This document shows positions 1 to 9,849 of a DNA stretch of 64,000 nucleotides, piece by piece; position 1 is the stretch's first letter, and each line of letters opens with the position of its first letter. The notes under the pieces are model-generated. The model ran no database searches, was not told the DNA's origin, and saw only the letters and a program-made list of their open reading frames with translations. The position numbers were made by a program, and so were the translations under genes. The stretch is taken from NCBI GenBank assembly GCA_050633245.1, contig JBOEGD010000002.1, positions 23,006-87,005 on the forward strand, written 5' to 3'. This DNA is from Calditrichia bacterium (GTDB lineage: Bacteria > Calditrichota > Calditrichia > RBG-13-44-9 > J075).

Positions 1-41
1 TTTTCACGTTTCACGTTTCACTCTAAAAAGAAGAGCTCTCT

Positions 42-1217
42 ATGTATGAACATGTCCAGAAAAGAGTCAATGGTATATTTGAGCGCATTGTGGCCATTCG
101 CCGCGATATTCATATGCACCCCGAGGTTGGTTTCGACGTGCATCGCACAGCAGCAATTGCAGCAGCGGAGCTGCAAAAGTTCGGATTAGCGGTGAAAGAA
201 GGGATCGGAAAAACCGGACTCTATGCTGATTTAAATATACCGGGCGCCACAAAGCGTATCGCGCTGCGTGCAGACATGGACGCGCTGCCTATTCTTGAGC
301 AAAACGATCTCCCCTATAGATCCACACGCGATGGGTTTTCACATATGTGTGGACATGATTCCCATACCGCGATGCTCATTGGTGCTGCAGAAATACTATC
401 AGGCATGAAGGAACATCTCGCAGTTAATGTACGGTTTATCTTTCAACCAAATGAAGAGAATCTACCCGGTGGAGCACTATCAATGATTGCCGATGGTGTT
501 CTTGAAGGCGTCGATGAAATTTTTGGCCTGCACGTCTGGCCTGCATTGCAAAGCGGCATGCTGGGTATTTGCGAAGGGCCGGCTCTCGGGCAACCCGATG
601 TGTTTGATATTGAAATTATTGGAAATGGTGGACATGCCGCCATTCCACAGCTAACAACAGATCCTATAATTATAGGTAGCCAATTCGTAAATGCTGCACA
701 GTCCATCGTCTCTCGTAATCTTGGTCCCCTTGATGCAGGCGTTGTCTCGATAACGCAATTTAATAGCGGCAGCGCACATAACGTCATTCCGCAATCAGCT
801 AAAATTACCGGAACGGTTCGAACGTTTGATCTGTCGGTTCAAAAAAAGATTAGGCGTCGCCTGGAAGAGCTACTGAGTGGAATAACAGCGGCACATGGTG
901 CGGATTATACGTTTAAATATACCGAGGGTTACCCGGTTACATTTAATCATTCTGCATCGGTGGCAACCATCCTGCGTGTTGGAAAAGGATTTTTATCTGA
1001 AGATGAAATCAACTATCCTACCGAGCCAACCCTTGGCGGTGAAGACTTTGCCTACTATACGCAAAAGATTCCCGGCTGCTTTATGTTCATTGGGTCACGT
1101 AATGAAGAAAAAGGGTGCATTTATTCGCTGCACGATGCCAGATTCCAGCTTGACGAAGACTGTATGCGCACCGGCATGACCATGCACACTCTTCTTGCGC
1201 TGAACTACGAAAATTAA
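42..1217 (+). CDS. M20D family amidohydrolase (hippurate hydrolase-like)
   Basis: RRDIHMHPE, LRADMDALP, MCGHDSH, FQPNEE and GGEDF motifs typical of M20D. Confidence 0.93.
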   Translation: MYEHVQKRVNGIFERIVAIRRDIHMHPEVGFDVHRTAAIAAAELQKFGLAVKEGIGKTGLYADLNIPGATKRIALRADMDALPILEQNDLPYRSTRDGFSHMCGHDSHTAMLIGAAEILSGMKEHLAVNVRFIFQPNEENLPGGALSMIADGVLEGVDEIFGLHVWPALQSGMLGICEGPALGQPDVFDIEIIGNGGHAAIPQLTTDPIIIGSQFVNAAQSIVSRNLGPLDAGVVSITQFNSGSAHNVIPQSAKITGTVRTFDLSVQKKIRRRLEELLSGITAAHGADYTFKYTEGYPVTFNHSASVATILRVGKGFLSEDEINYPTEPTLGGEDFAYYTQKIPGCFMFIGSRNEEKGCIYSLHDARFQLDEDCMRTGMTMHTLLALNYEN

Positions 1218-1304
1218 TCAGTTTCGCATGTTATTTCGCTCTGATTCTACTTACATTTAATGATAAATTTTACATCTACTCAAATATAGAGGGAGTTTAC
1301 CCAT

Positions 1305-1505
1305 ATGAGCACAATTATTCCGCAGGGAGATTCTATTCGCAAGGCGATCAAATGGATTTCCGACCAACTGCAAAATGATAAAGAGCCTAATCTTTCCAGT
1401 CTGATAAATGAAGCATCAATGCGTTTTGATTTGACTCCAAACGAAGGCAGTTTTCTGGTTAATTTTTACAAAGAACAGCAAGGCAAGCAGGATGAACAGT
1501 CCTAA
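1305..1505 (+). CDS. small hypothetical protein (66 aa)
   Basis: GGGAG RBS upstream; overlaps the next gene; plausible helical protein. Confidence 0.75.
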   Translation: MSTIIPQGDSIRKAIKWISDQLQNDKEPNLSSLINEASMRFDLTPNEGSFLVNFYKEQQGKQDEQS

Positions 1506-2157
1506 AGCTATTATTTTTGACATGGATGGGCTGTTGATAGACAGCGAGCGACTGTCTTGCGATGCCTGGATCGAAGCTGCCGGCGAATGGGGTTATGAAA
1601 TGAGTGACGAGACGTACGGGCTCGTTATCGGCAGAACTGTTCGAGAAGCGGAGCGTGTTTTTTCAGAATTTTACGGCGAAGATTTCCCTTTTTATGACAT
1701 TCGGGAAAAACGCGTCCAACTAACCCGCGCTCACTATGCAAAACATGGCGTCCCGATAAAAAGCGGAGTAAGCGAACTGCTTCAGCTGGTGGATAAGCTA
1801 AAACTTCCGCGTGCAGTTGCGACGTCAACCTCGCATAAACCAGCCCACGATAAACTTGAAAAAACCGGTCTTCGTCCTCACTTTCATGCCGTAGTAACCG
1901 GTGACGAAATAGCTAACGGCAAACCGGCGCCAGATATTTTTTTGCTCGCCGCGCAACGCATTAATGCCAACCCGACTGATTGCATGGTATTGGAAGATTC
2001 CGAAGCAGGCATTAAGGCAGCCCATACCGCCGGCATGACACCCATTATGGTGCCTGACATCAAAATGCCCGATGCGGAAACTCGCAAGATTGCCGCCCAT
2101 GTTATGCCTTCATTACATGAGGTAAGACAGCTGATTAATGATTTATTCTCCAACTAG
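1492..2157 (+). CDS. HAD-IA family phosphatase (beta-PGM/CbbY-like)
   Basis: FDMDGLL motif I, KPAPDIF, LEDS motif IV. Confidence 0.92.
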   Translation: MNSPKAIIFDMDGLLIDSERLSCDAWIEAAGEWGYEMSDETYGLVIGRTVREAERVFSEFYGEDFPFYDIREKRVQLTRAHYAKHGVPIKSGVSELLQLVDKLKLPRAVATSTSHKPAHDKLEKTGLRPHFHAVVTGDEIANGKPAPDIFLLAAQRINANPTDCMVLEDSEAGIKAAHTAGMTPIMVPDIKMPDAETRKIAAHVMPSLHEVRQLINDLFSN

Positions 2158-2179
2158 CTCTGTGAATCAAGAGGACAAA

Positions 2180-3124
2180 TTGAAAAAAGCAGCATTCCTT
2201 CCACTTTTTTGCTATGCCATATTGTTCTGCATGCTTCTTGGCGGATGCGATTCAATCCCGACATTTAATGGACAGCGCGCTTTCGCCGATCTGGAAAAGC
2301 AGGTTGCTTTTGGTCCGCGCGTTCCCGGATCAGAGGCACACAAAAACTGTGGTGACTATCTTGTCAGTGAGCTCAAGGCGCTTGCCGGGCAAGTCAACGA
2401 ACAGCAATTCAATTATCAGGATAAGAAAGACAGCACAAAGAGTTGGCCGGGACGAAATATCGTGGCCTCATTTAATATTCAGCCAAAAAAGAATTTTCGT
2501 ATTATTTTGGGAGCCCATTGGGACTGTCGTCCTTTCGCAGATCGCGATCCGGATGAGGCAAATCGCACCAAGCCGGTCCCCGGAGCGAATGATGCCGCCT
2601 CAGGTGTAGCCGTGCTACTGGAGATGGCTCGTATCCTAAAAGATAATCCTCCTGATTTCGGCGTAGATATTGTGTTTTTCGACCTGGAAGATCTCGGTGA
2701 TTCGGGTGCAGCATTAAAGTCTGATACGCTTAATCCGTTTTGTATCGGATCGGAGTATTTTGTAAAAAATAATCCCGGCTATCGTCCCGCCTATGGTGTG
2801 CTCTTGGATATGGTAGGCGATGCAGACTTACGGCTTCCCAAAGAAGGCTTTTCCGTAACCAATGCACCACATGTTGTGGATCAGTTATGGAGTGCAGCCG
2901 AACGCGCGAAAGCATCGGCCTTTGTAGTTGAGGTGGGCGAACCAATTATGGACGATCACTATCATTTTCTTAAGGCAGGTATTCCAATGATTGATATTAT
3001 CGATTTTGATTACCCGTACTGGCACACAGTTGACGACACGCCGGATAAATGCAGTCCCGAAAGCCTCCAGCAAGTCGGCAACACCTTAGTGGAATGGATT
3101 TATAATGGAATCGGCAAACAATGA
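2180..3124 (+). CDS. M28 family peptidase / glutaminyl cyclase-like lipoprotein
   Basis: lipobox LGGC; AHWD, GANDAASG, DLED, DDH and YWHT motifs; TTG start after GAGGA. Confidence 0.88.
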   Translation: MKKAAFLPLFCYAILFCMLLGGCDSIPTFNGQRAFADLEKQVAFGPRVPGSEAHKNCGDYLVSELKALAGQVNEQQFNYQDKKDSTKSWPGRNIVASFNIQPKKNFRIILGAHWDCRPFADRDPDEANRTKPVPGANDAASGVAVLLEMARILKDNPPDFGVDIVFFDLEDLGDSGAALKSDTLNPFCIGSEYFVKNNPGYRPAYGVLLDMVGDADLRLPKEGFSVTNAPHVVDQLWSAAERAKASAFVVEVGEPIMDDHYHFLKAGIPMIDIIDFDYPYWHTVDDTPDKCSPESLQQVGNTLVEWIYNGIGKQ

Positions 3125-3149
3125 ACAATTGACATAAAGGAGATACACA

Positions 3150-3857
3150 ATGAATTTTAAAGACAGCGTTATTTTGATTACCGGCGGTAGTTTGGGCATT
3201 GGTCTTGATACCGCTCGCATGGCTGCCGAAAGAGGCGCAAAAGTGATTATTACCGCTCGCAACAAAGAGCGATTGGCAAAGGTTGCTGAAGAACATGACC
3301 TTGAGGCAGTTGCAGGCGATGTTTCGAAGCCGGAAGACGTGAAACGAGTATTCGATTACATAGCAGAAAAACACGGCCGGCTGGATGCCTTAATCAACAA
3401 TGCCGGTTATGGTTATTTCGATATGCTGGAAAACATCGATATAGAAAAGTTTCAGCAGGTATTCGCGACCAATGTTACCGGCGCAATGATGATGGCGCAA
3501 TCATCCCTGCCCTTCTTCAAAAAGCAGAACAGCGGGAATATTGTGAATATCAGTTCTACTGCAGGAACGCGTGGCTTCCCCGGTGGAACGGCCTATTGCG
3601 GCACAAAGTTCGCCCTAAAAGCGATGACCGAATGCTGGCGCGCCGAACTGCGCTCCAATAACATCCGGGTAATTCTGGTAAATCCGAGCGAGGTACAAAC
3701 CGAGTTTGTAGCGAATTCTGGTCGCGATAAACGACCTTACAATCCAACCAAGCTGCATGGGGAAGATATTGCCCATAGCATTTGCTCTGCTCTGGAAATG
3801 GATGACCGTGGTTTTATCACTGAATTAACGGTTTTTGCAACCAACCCTCAGTCCTGA
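3150..3857 (+). CDS. short-chain dehydrogenase/reductase
   Basis: TGGSLGIG, NNAG, YCGTK catalytic motif. Confidence 0.93.
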   Translation: MNFKDSVILITGGSLGIGLDTARMAAERGAKVIITARNKERLAKVAEEHDLEAVAGDVSKPEDVKRVFDYIAEKHGRLDALINNAGYGYFDMLENIDIEKFQQVFATNVTGAMMMAQSSLPFFKKQNSGNIVNISSTAGTRGFPGGTAYCGTKFALKAMTECWRAELRSNNIRVILVNPSEVQTEFVANSGRDKRPYNPTKLHGEDIAHSICSALEMDDRGFITELTVFATNPQS

Positions 3858-3907
3858 GACATCGCAAACACGATTGAATGAATTGGTAAATTACAAACCA
3901 GGATCAG

Positions 3908-5005
3908 GTGAATATGAAGAATATTTTTGTAGCCGCGACCCGGCAGAATAATGGAAAGACCATGACGTCTCTTGGTCTTTTCCACTCCTTTCAGCAACGC
4001 TTCGAAAACGTTGCGTACATGAAGCCGGTTGGACAGCAATATCGAATTGTCGATGGTGAAAAGATTGACAAGGATGCTGTGCTTATTCAGAAAACCTACA
4101 ATTTATCTGATAACCTGTCCGATATGAGCCCGATCGCCATTCCCAGAGGATTCACCAGCAATTATGTTGAAAATGGCAATCAGGCTGAACTTTTTGAGCA
4201 GATTACCACTGCCTATAGCTCGCTCTCAAAAGGCAAGGATTTTGTTTTGATTGAAGGCACTGGTCATGCCGGAGTCGGCTCAGTTTTCGATGCCTCGAAT
4301 GCTCAGGTTGCGCGTCTTCTGGGGGCGAAAGTCATTCTGGTATCGACTGGTGGAGTCGGAAAACCGGTTGACGAGATTCTCATGAACAAAGCACTCTTCG
4401 ATGCGAAGGGGGTTGAGGTTGTCGGCGTTATTGTGAACAAGGTGATGCCAGAGAAATACGATCGAATTAAGAACATCGTTACCAAGGCATTCGCAAGACA
4501 TGATTTGCGCGTTCTTGGCGTAATTCCCATGGTAAACGAGCTAAATGTACCCTCGGTTGCAGAACTGGCAGAAGACCTCGATGCCGAGCCAATTACAGAG
4601 GATCCGGCATTGCTACGCAATCCGATCCACAAGTTCGTTATTGGTGATATGCAGCCACACAATGCTGTTGAATCGCTGACCGATAATTCACTGCTCATTG
4701 TGCCTGGTGACCGCGATGGCATCATCGTTACAGCCCTCTGCGGAAACATACTGGAATCTTCCAGCCGAAGCAACGTTGCTGCGATGGTATTTACCGACGG
4801 CATCAAGCCACATAGTCGCATTATGAATTTGATTAAGGAAAGTCGCATTCCGGTGATGCTGGTAGAGGGCGACTCGTTCAGCGTGGCAACCCGAATTAAC
4901 AATTCGATCTTTAAGCTTCGTGCTGATGAATTGAACAAGATTCGCCAGGCGCAGACGCTAATTGAGGAATACGTGGAGGTCGATCAGATTTGTGAACTCA
5001 TTTAG
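3908..5005 (+). CDS. BioD-like P-loop + DRTGG domain protein (Pta N-terminal-like)
   Basis: NNGKT P-loop, YMKPVG, IEGTGH, PGDR (DRTGG) motifs. Confidence 0.85.
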   Translation: MNMKNIFVAATRQNNGKTMTSLGLFHSFQQRFENVAYMKPVGQQYRIVDGEKIDKDAVLIQKTYNLSDNLSDMSPIAIPRGFTSNYVENGNQAELFEQITTAYSSLSKGKDFVLIEGTGHAGVGSVFDASNAQVARLLGAKVILVSTGGVGKPVDEILMNKALFDAKGVEVVGVIVNKVMPEKYDRIKNIVTKAFARHDLRVLGVIPMVNELNVPSVAELAEDLDAEPITEDPALLRNPIHKFVIGDMQPHNAVESLTDNSLLIVPGDRDGIIVTALCGNILESSSRSNVAAMVFTDGIKPHSRIMNLIKESRIPVMLVEGDSFSVATRINNSIFKLRADELNKIRQAQTLIEEYVEVDQICELI

Positions 5006-5053
5006 TTATGCCTCTGGCAGTCTCGAAGTGAAACTGCCAAAGGACATATTATT

Positions 5054-6244
5054 CTATCGTGAAGACATGTTCATTTGCTCACTCATAACGTTATAAGCAG
5101 CATCCAAACCATCTCGCAGTACCCAGGCACGTTTACTGTCCGAGCTCGTAGAACGCGCCTTGCCTAGTGCTCGCTCCAAAAGAGTATTCACATCCGTCGA
5201 TAAGTTCGCCAACTGCAATAGTCCTTCCGTAGCTACTTCATAAACTGCTGCGCAGGCACCCTGCTGTCCATGATTAAACAATGGCACACCGCGATCGATT
5301 GCCAACTCAATATATTCCATAGCCGGCCGAATTGTGGAGAGACGCTCGTCCGGAATCAGCACTTGATCAATCACATGAATAACGCCATTTGCGGCCTGAA
5401 TATCACCAGCTGAAACGCGGCTCTTATCGATATTTAACTGTCCATCACGAAGGCCTGTGGAAACACGAATACCGGATACCGTGCGCAGGCTACTTTTTTG
5501 CAGCACCTCGTCGGAATATACGCGACCAGCAATAACATGATACGTTAAGATTCGTTGAAGCTGCTCTTTGTTTTCCGGCTTTAACAATGACTGTAGCGTT
5601 TCTTTAGGGAGCTTGGCAAATGCCTTATCTGTCGGGGCAAAAACGGTAAATGGCCCTTCACCGGAAAGCGTTTCGACTAATCCGGCTGCTTTGATTGCCG
5701 CAGCAAGGGTGTTAAAAGTCCCCGCTTCAGAAGCTATCGTCAGAAGCGGCTTAGACTCCGGAATCAGCACTCTGTCGATCACGTGAATAATGCCATTGCG
5801 TGCATTGATATCTGGGGTTACAACATTCGACTTATCGACCATCAGCTTGCCATTGCTAAAGGTTACGTCAAAGCGCTGCCCATTCAATGTAGCAGCAGAC
5901 TTAACCGAGGCTGCTGTAGCGGCATCAACTCGCCCTTCAATCACATGATAGAGCAGAATGGCCTTTAGCTTATCGCGATTAGAAGGCTTCAGCAAGCTTT
6001 GGACAGTGCCTTTCGGCAGCTTGGAAAATGCCTCATCAGTTGGTGCAAAAACTGTCAGCGGTCCGTTCCCTTTTAGTGCAGAAACAAGACCGGCTGCTTT
6101 CGCAGCAGCCAGCAATGTCGTGAAACTACCGGCATCGCTGGCGGTTTCAACAATGTCTTTGCGTGGACCGGAAAAAAGACTTTGTGTAACAAATAAAATG
6201 ATAGTGGCGATCAGCATTCCTGATCGTTGTGAATTGCTGAGCAT
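5054..6244 (-). CDS. secreted tandem fasciclin (FAS1) domain protein with C-terminal helical domain
   Basis: signal peptide; two TVFAPTD...NGxIHVIDxVLIP repeats. Confidence 0.92.
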   Translation of the reverse strand: MLSNSQRSGMLIATIILFVTQSLFSGPRKDIVETASDAGSFTTLLAAAKAAGLVSALKGNGPLTVFAPTDEAFSKLPKGTVQSLLKPSNRDKLKAILLYHVIEGRVDAATAASVKSAATLNGQRFDVTFSNGKLMVDKSNVVTPDINARNGIIHVIDRVLIPESKPLLTIASEAGTFNTLAAAIKAAGLVETLSGEGPFTVFAPTDKAFAKLPKETLQSLLKPENKEQLQRILTYHVIAGRVYSDEVLQKSSLRTVSGIRVSTGLRDGQLNIDKSRVSAGDIQAANGVIHVIDQVLIPDERLSTIRPAMEYIELAIDRGVPLFNHGQQGACAAVYEVATEGLLQLANLSTDVNTLLERALGKARSTSSDSKRAWVLRDGLDAAYNVMSEQMNMSSR

Positions 6245-6394
6245 GGGCTCTCCTTTGGGTTTGGGTTGAAAAATCGCTCAAAACGCTCACACAATTATTG
6301 CTTACGCTGCGGGTTTTAGAAAGTTACAAAAATCTTCCGATTTGCATGAAAAGCCGCCACAGCCTAGCTTTAGGTTCACAATAGAGGAAAGTAA

Positions 6395-7048
6395 ATGGGC
6401 GCTCGTGAACAGCATATTGAAATAAAAAAAACCGCACGCTACTACCAAATCGGTGAAATAAATGATACCACTGAAGAGCTGTGGATTACGCTGCATGGCT
6501 ATGGACAATTGGCAAGCTACTTCATTCGGCACTTTGCACCATTCGAACAGCCAAGTCGCTGTATTATCGCTCCTGAGGCACTATCGCGCTTCTATCTTTC
6601 GGCGGAAAGCGGACGCGTCGGCGCAACCTGGATGACCAAAGAAGATCGTCTAAATGAGATGGAAGATTACATTGCTTATTTGGATTCACTTTACGCTGCA
6701 CTTTCGGCGAAAGTCGGCACTGAAAAGAACGTTAGGATAACACTAATTGGTTTCTCTCAGGGCGTATCGGCTGCCTGCCGTTGGGCACTGCGTGGCAAAG
6801 CAGAAGTCAATCGGCTCATCATGTGGGCAGGCTCTCTTCCACCAGAAATTGACTTGAAAATGGAGAGCTCGCGGATAAACACTATGAATCCTGTTTTGGT
6901 TGCTGGAACAGAAGACCAATTTATTTCTCGCGCAAATCGTGAAGCTGTGGCCAACATACTTAAGACAAGCGGCATTCATTGTGAAATTGTGACCTTTGAA
7001 GGAAAACATGTTATCCACGCCCCTACACTGCAAGCGCTACTTGGCTAG
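6395..7048 (+). CDS. phospholipase/carboxylesterase (alpha/beta hydrolase)
   Basis: LHGYG, GFSQG nucleophile elbow, C-terminal Asp/His. Confidence 0.88.
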   Translation: MGAREQHIEIKKTARYYQIGEINDTTEELWITLHGYGQLASYFIRHFAPFEQPSRCIIAPEALSRFYLSAESGRVGATWMTKEDRLNEMEDYIAYLDSLYAALSAKVGTEKNVRITLIGFSQGVSAACRWALRGKAEVNRLIMWAGSLPPEIDLKMESSRINTMNPVLVAGTEDQFISRANREAVANILKTSGIHCEIVTFEGKHVIHAPTLQALLG

Positions 7049-7200
7049 CGGACTTTCCTAAGTCATGTATTCGCGATATATTGAGAGAAGGCAATCAACT
7101 GACGACAGCTAGAACACGGCAGTTAGAAGACGGCAGTTGGTGAGAAAAGAAATGCAGAAACAGGCAGAAACAAAATGAGAAACGGGCAAAAACAGTGAGA

Positions 7201-7268
7201 TATTGCCTTATTGCCTTATTGCCTTATTGCCTTATTGCCTTATTGCCTTATTGCCTTATTGCCTTATT
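7201..7268. repeat. perfect octamer tandem repeat (TATTGCCT)x8 + partial
   Basis: read directly from the sequence. Confidence 0.97.
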
Positions 7269-7320
7269 AAGGTGTAGAAAAAGTATTAGTCACGTGTAAA
7301 AAATTGAAAGCTCTCACACA

Positions 7321-9624
7321 ATGAAGAAATTCCTCATCTACTCTCTATTAGGATTTATTGCACTCAATCTACTTCTGTGGTTTGGTGGACGCTGGCTAAT
7401 GAGCTTTTCGGCAGCTGACTATGACGGCGAGATCAGCGTGGACGGCATCTCGACACCGGTTGATATTACCTTCGACGCACGCGGTATTCCACAGGTCTGG
7501 GCTGCCAATGAAGATGATCTTTTTTTCACCTTAGGTTGGCTCCATGCGTCTGAGCGTCTTTTTCAGATGGAATTGGTGAGGCGGCTTTCCAAAGGTGAAC
7601 TTTCCGAACTGTTTGGCCCTGCAGCTTTGGGAACCGACACATGGCAGCGAACAATTGGCTTCTCACGGAAAGCCGAGGCAGACTTTCGGGAGCTCCCGGA
7701 AAAAGCCCACAATACTCTGAAGGCCTATTGCGCAGGAATAAATGCCTGGAAAAATTCCAAAACGATTCTTCCTCCGGAATTTATTATCCTGCAGGCTGAA
7801 CCCGAAGACTGGACGCCGCTCGATTGCGTAACCATAACGCTTTATCAAACCTGGTATTCACACTCTCTGCAAAACCATGATGGCCGCCATCGCAGACTGA
7901 TCGAAAAACTGGGCGAGGATGTTGAGTCCGTACTACGTGAATATAAAATGTGGTCTCCTTCTACCGTACCGGACGGATTCCTGTCGAGCCTCTTCCCTAC
8001 CCCAAACCATACACCGCTGAGCATGTCGATGGCATCAAACTCATGGGTTATCTCTCCACACAAATCCAGTTCTGGTGCTGCACTGCATGCCAGTGATCCA
8101 CACTTACAAATAAATGCCATTCCGGGATTTTGGTACGTGGTCGGACTACATTCACCTGAAACAAATATTGTCGGCGTTACCGCACCGGGGATTCCATTCA
8201 TTTCAATGGGACATAATGGACGCATTTCATATGCCTTTACCGTAGCTGCAATTGACATTATCGATCGCATTCATTATCCCTATGCCGGGAACGACACAAT
8301 GACCGTTCAGTCTAAGGATGGGACGATTGCATTGAAAACCATATATGAAGAAATTCCGGTGAAAGATGAGCCGGAGCCAAGACGTATTCCTATTCTGATT
8401 ACGCCGGATGGCCCGGTTACTTCTAAAGACTCAGCCGGCGTTTATGCCATGCGTTGGGCTGGTTATGATTTCAGCACTGCAAAAGTTTTGGAATCCGGCT
8501 TATCACTACATTCAATAAAAGACTTCCAGTCCTTTCGCAGAGCGGTTACTGGTCTGGGAGCTCTCGATGTGAATTGGACCTATTCGGATATCGAGGGCAA
8601 TATTGGTTATCAGCTGGGTGCACCCGTACCGAAAACTCCTGCGAGTTCAGGCAGCTTGTCACAGCTAAGTACCGATTCCAGCAGCATACACTCTGGCTAC
8701 CGTTCGCTTGAGGAAAACCCCTATGCGCTCAACCCGGAGCAAGGCTGGCTTGCGACCTGCAATAACCAGATAGTTTCTCCTGAAACGGGTGAAACTATCC
8801 CGGGTTTTTACGATCCATACCGCATTACGCAGATAAGCAAGCAACTATCCGCTCGCGAAACGTTTTCCTCAAATGACATGACGCCAATGCAGATGAATCT
8901 GATTTCCGGGGTTGCAATACGCTGGAAGGGGCTGATGAAGAATGGTGCGGTGAAACTGGGCGAAAAAGATCTTGCTGCCAATATTGCGTCCTGGGATGGT
9001 GGCATGAATCTGGACAAAACACTACCTTCGGTTTTTACCCGCTGGTGGCACTTCATGAGCCGTGAGGTATTTGAAGATGATCTCGGCGATGCCTGGCGAA
9101 GTGGCAGCGATGCTTTGGAGGAAGTGATTAGCCGTCCGCTCAACGCGCTGATAGACGATAAACGCACAACTGATAAGCAGGAAAACCTCATTGATATCTC
9201 GTCGCGTGCACTGCGCTATGTGCTCGATACATATGACGAAAAGGCTTATGGCGAGATGAGCACCCTGCAGATTGATCACCCAGTTGGCAAACAGGTCGGT
9301 ATCCTCGATTATTGGTTGAATCTCAGCCGCGGTCCATTTCCAATGGCTGGCAGTGATGGCAGTTTAATGGCCAACTTCGGCAGCTATAATGACAAGTCCG
9401 ACACCTACCGCAGCTACGCCGGACCAAGCATGCGCTTTGTTATGGATTGGGCCGATCTCGATGATTTCTCATTGAGCATTCACCTGGGGCAGTCCGGCAA
9501 TCCCTTTAGCCCGCACTACGATGACTTTCTGGAGCCTCATCTACGCGGCGAGAATTGGACGCTTCCCTTTAGCAAAGAAGCGGTGTATTCGAATATGAAG
9601 AGCCAATTGACGTTGGTGCCTTAA
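7321..9624 (+). CDS. penicillin acylase family Ntn hydrolase (S45)
   Basis: GIPQV, ERLFQM, catalytic SNSW, DPHL, GQSGNPFSPHY motifs. Confidence 0.93.
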   Translation: MKKFLIYSLLGFIALNLLLWFGGRWLMSFSAADYDGEISVDGISTPVDITFDARGIPQVWAANEDDLFFTLGWLHASERLFQMELVRRLSKGELSELFGPAALGTDTWQRTIGFSRKAEADFRELPEKAHNTLKAYCAGINAWKNSKTILPPEFIILQAEPEDWTPLDCVTITLYQTWYSHSLQNHDGRHRRLIEKLGEDVESVLREYKMWSPSTVPDGFLSSLFPTPNHTPLSMSMASNSWVISPHKSSSGAALHASDPHLQINAIPGFWYVVGLHSPETNIVGVTAPGIPFISMGHNGRISYAFTVAAIDIIDRIHYPYAGNDTMTVQSKDGTIALKTIYEEIPVKDEPEPRRIPILITPDGPVTSKDSAGVYAMRWAGYDFSTAKVLESGLSLHSIKDFQSFRRAVTGLGALDVNWTYSDIEGNIGYQLGAPVPKTPASSGSLSQLSTDSSSIHSGYRSLEENPYALNPEQGWLATCNNQIVSPETGETIPGFYDPYRITQISKQLSARETFSSNDMTPMQMNLISGVAIRWKGLMKNGAVKLGEKDLAANIASWDGGMNLDKTLPSVFTRWWHFMSREVFEDDLGDAWRSGSDALEEVISRPLNALIDDKRTTDKQENLIDISSRALRYVLDTYDEKAYGEMSTLQIDHPVGKQVGILDYWLNLSRGPFPMAGSDGSLMANFGSYNDKSDTYRSYAGPSMRFVMDWADLDDFSLSIHLGQSGNPFSPHYDDFLEPHLRGENWTLPFSKEAVYSNMKSQLTLVP

Positions 9625-9849
9625 TTGCTGGAGAGTAAAGAAATGTTGAACTAATGTTAGGTGTCAAAAAACCTCTATAAAACTATCTATCAAAAAAGCA
9701 CATTAAAACGGGCTTTTTGCTTGTTCAAAACACGGTGTCATTAAACGGAGGAATTTTCACACCCCGCGCATGTTTTTCATACGCAGGGTGTTCGGGGGAG
9801 AGATTCCCTGGACTAACGACTGTTGATTACATCGGTATCATATGTCTCA

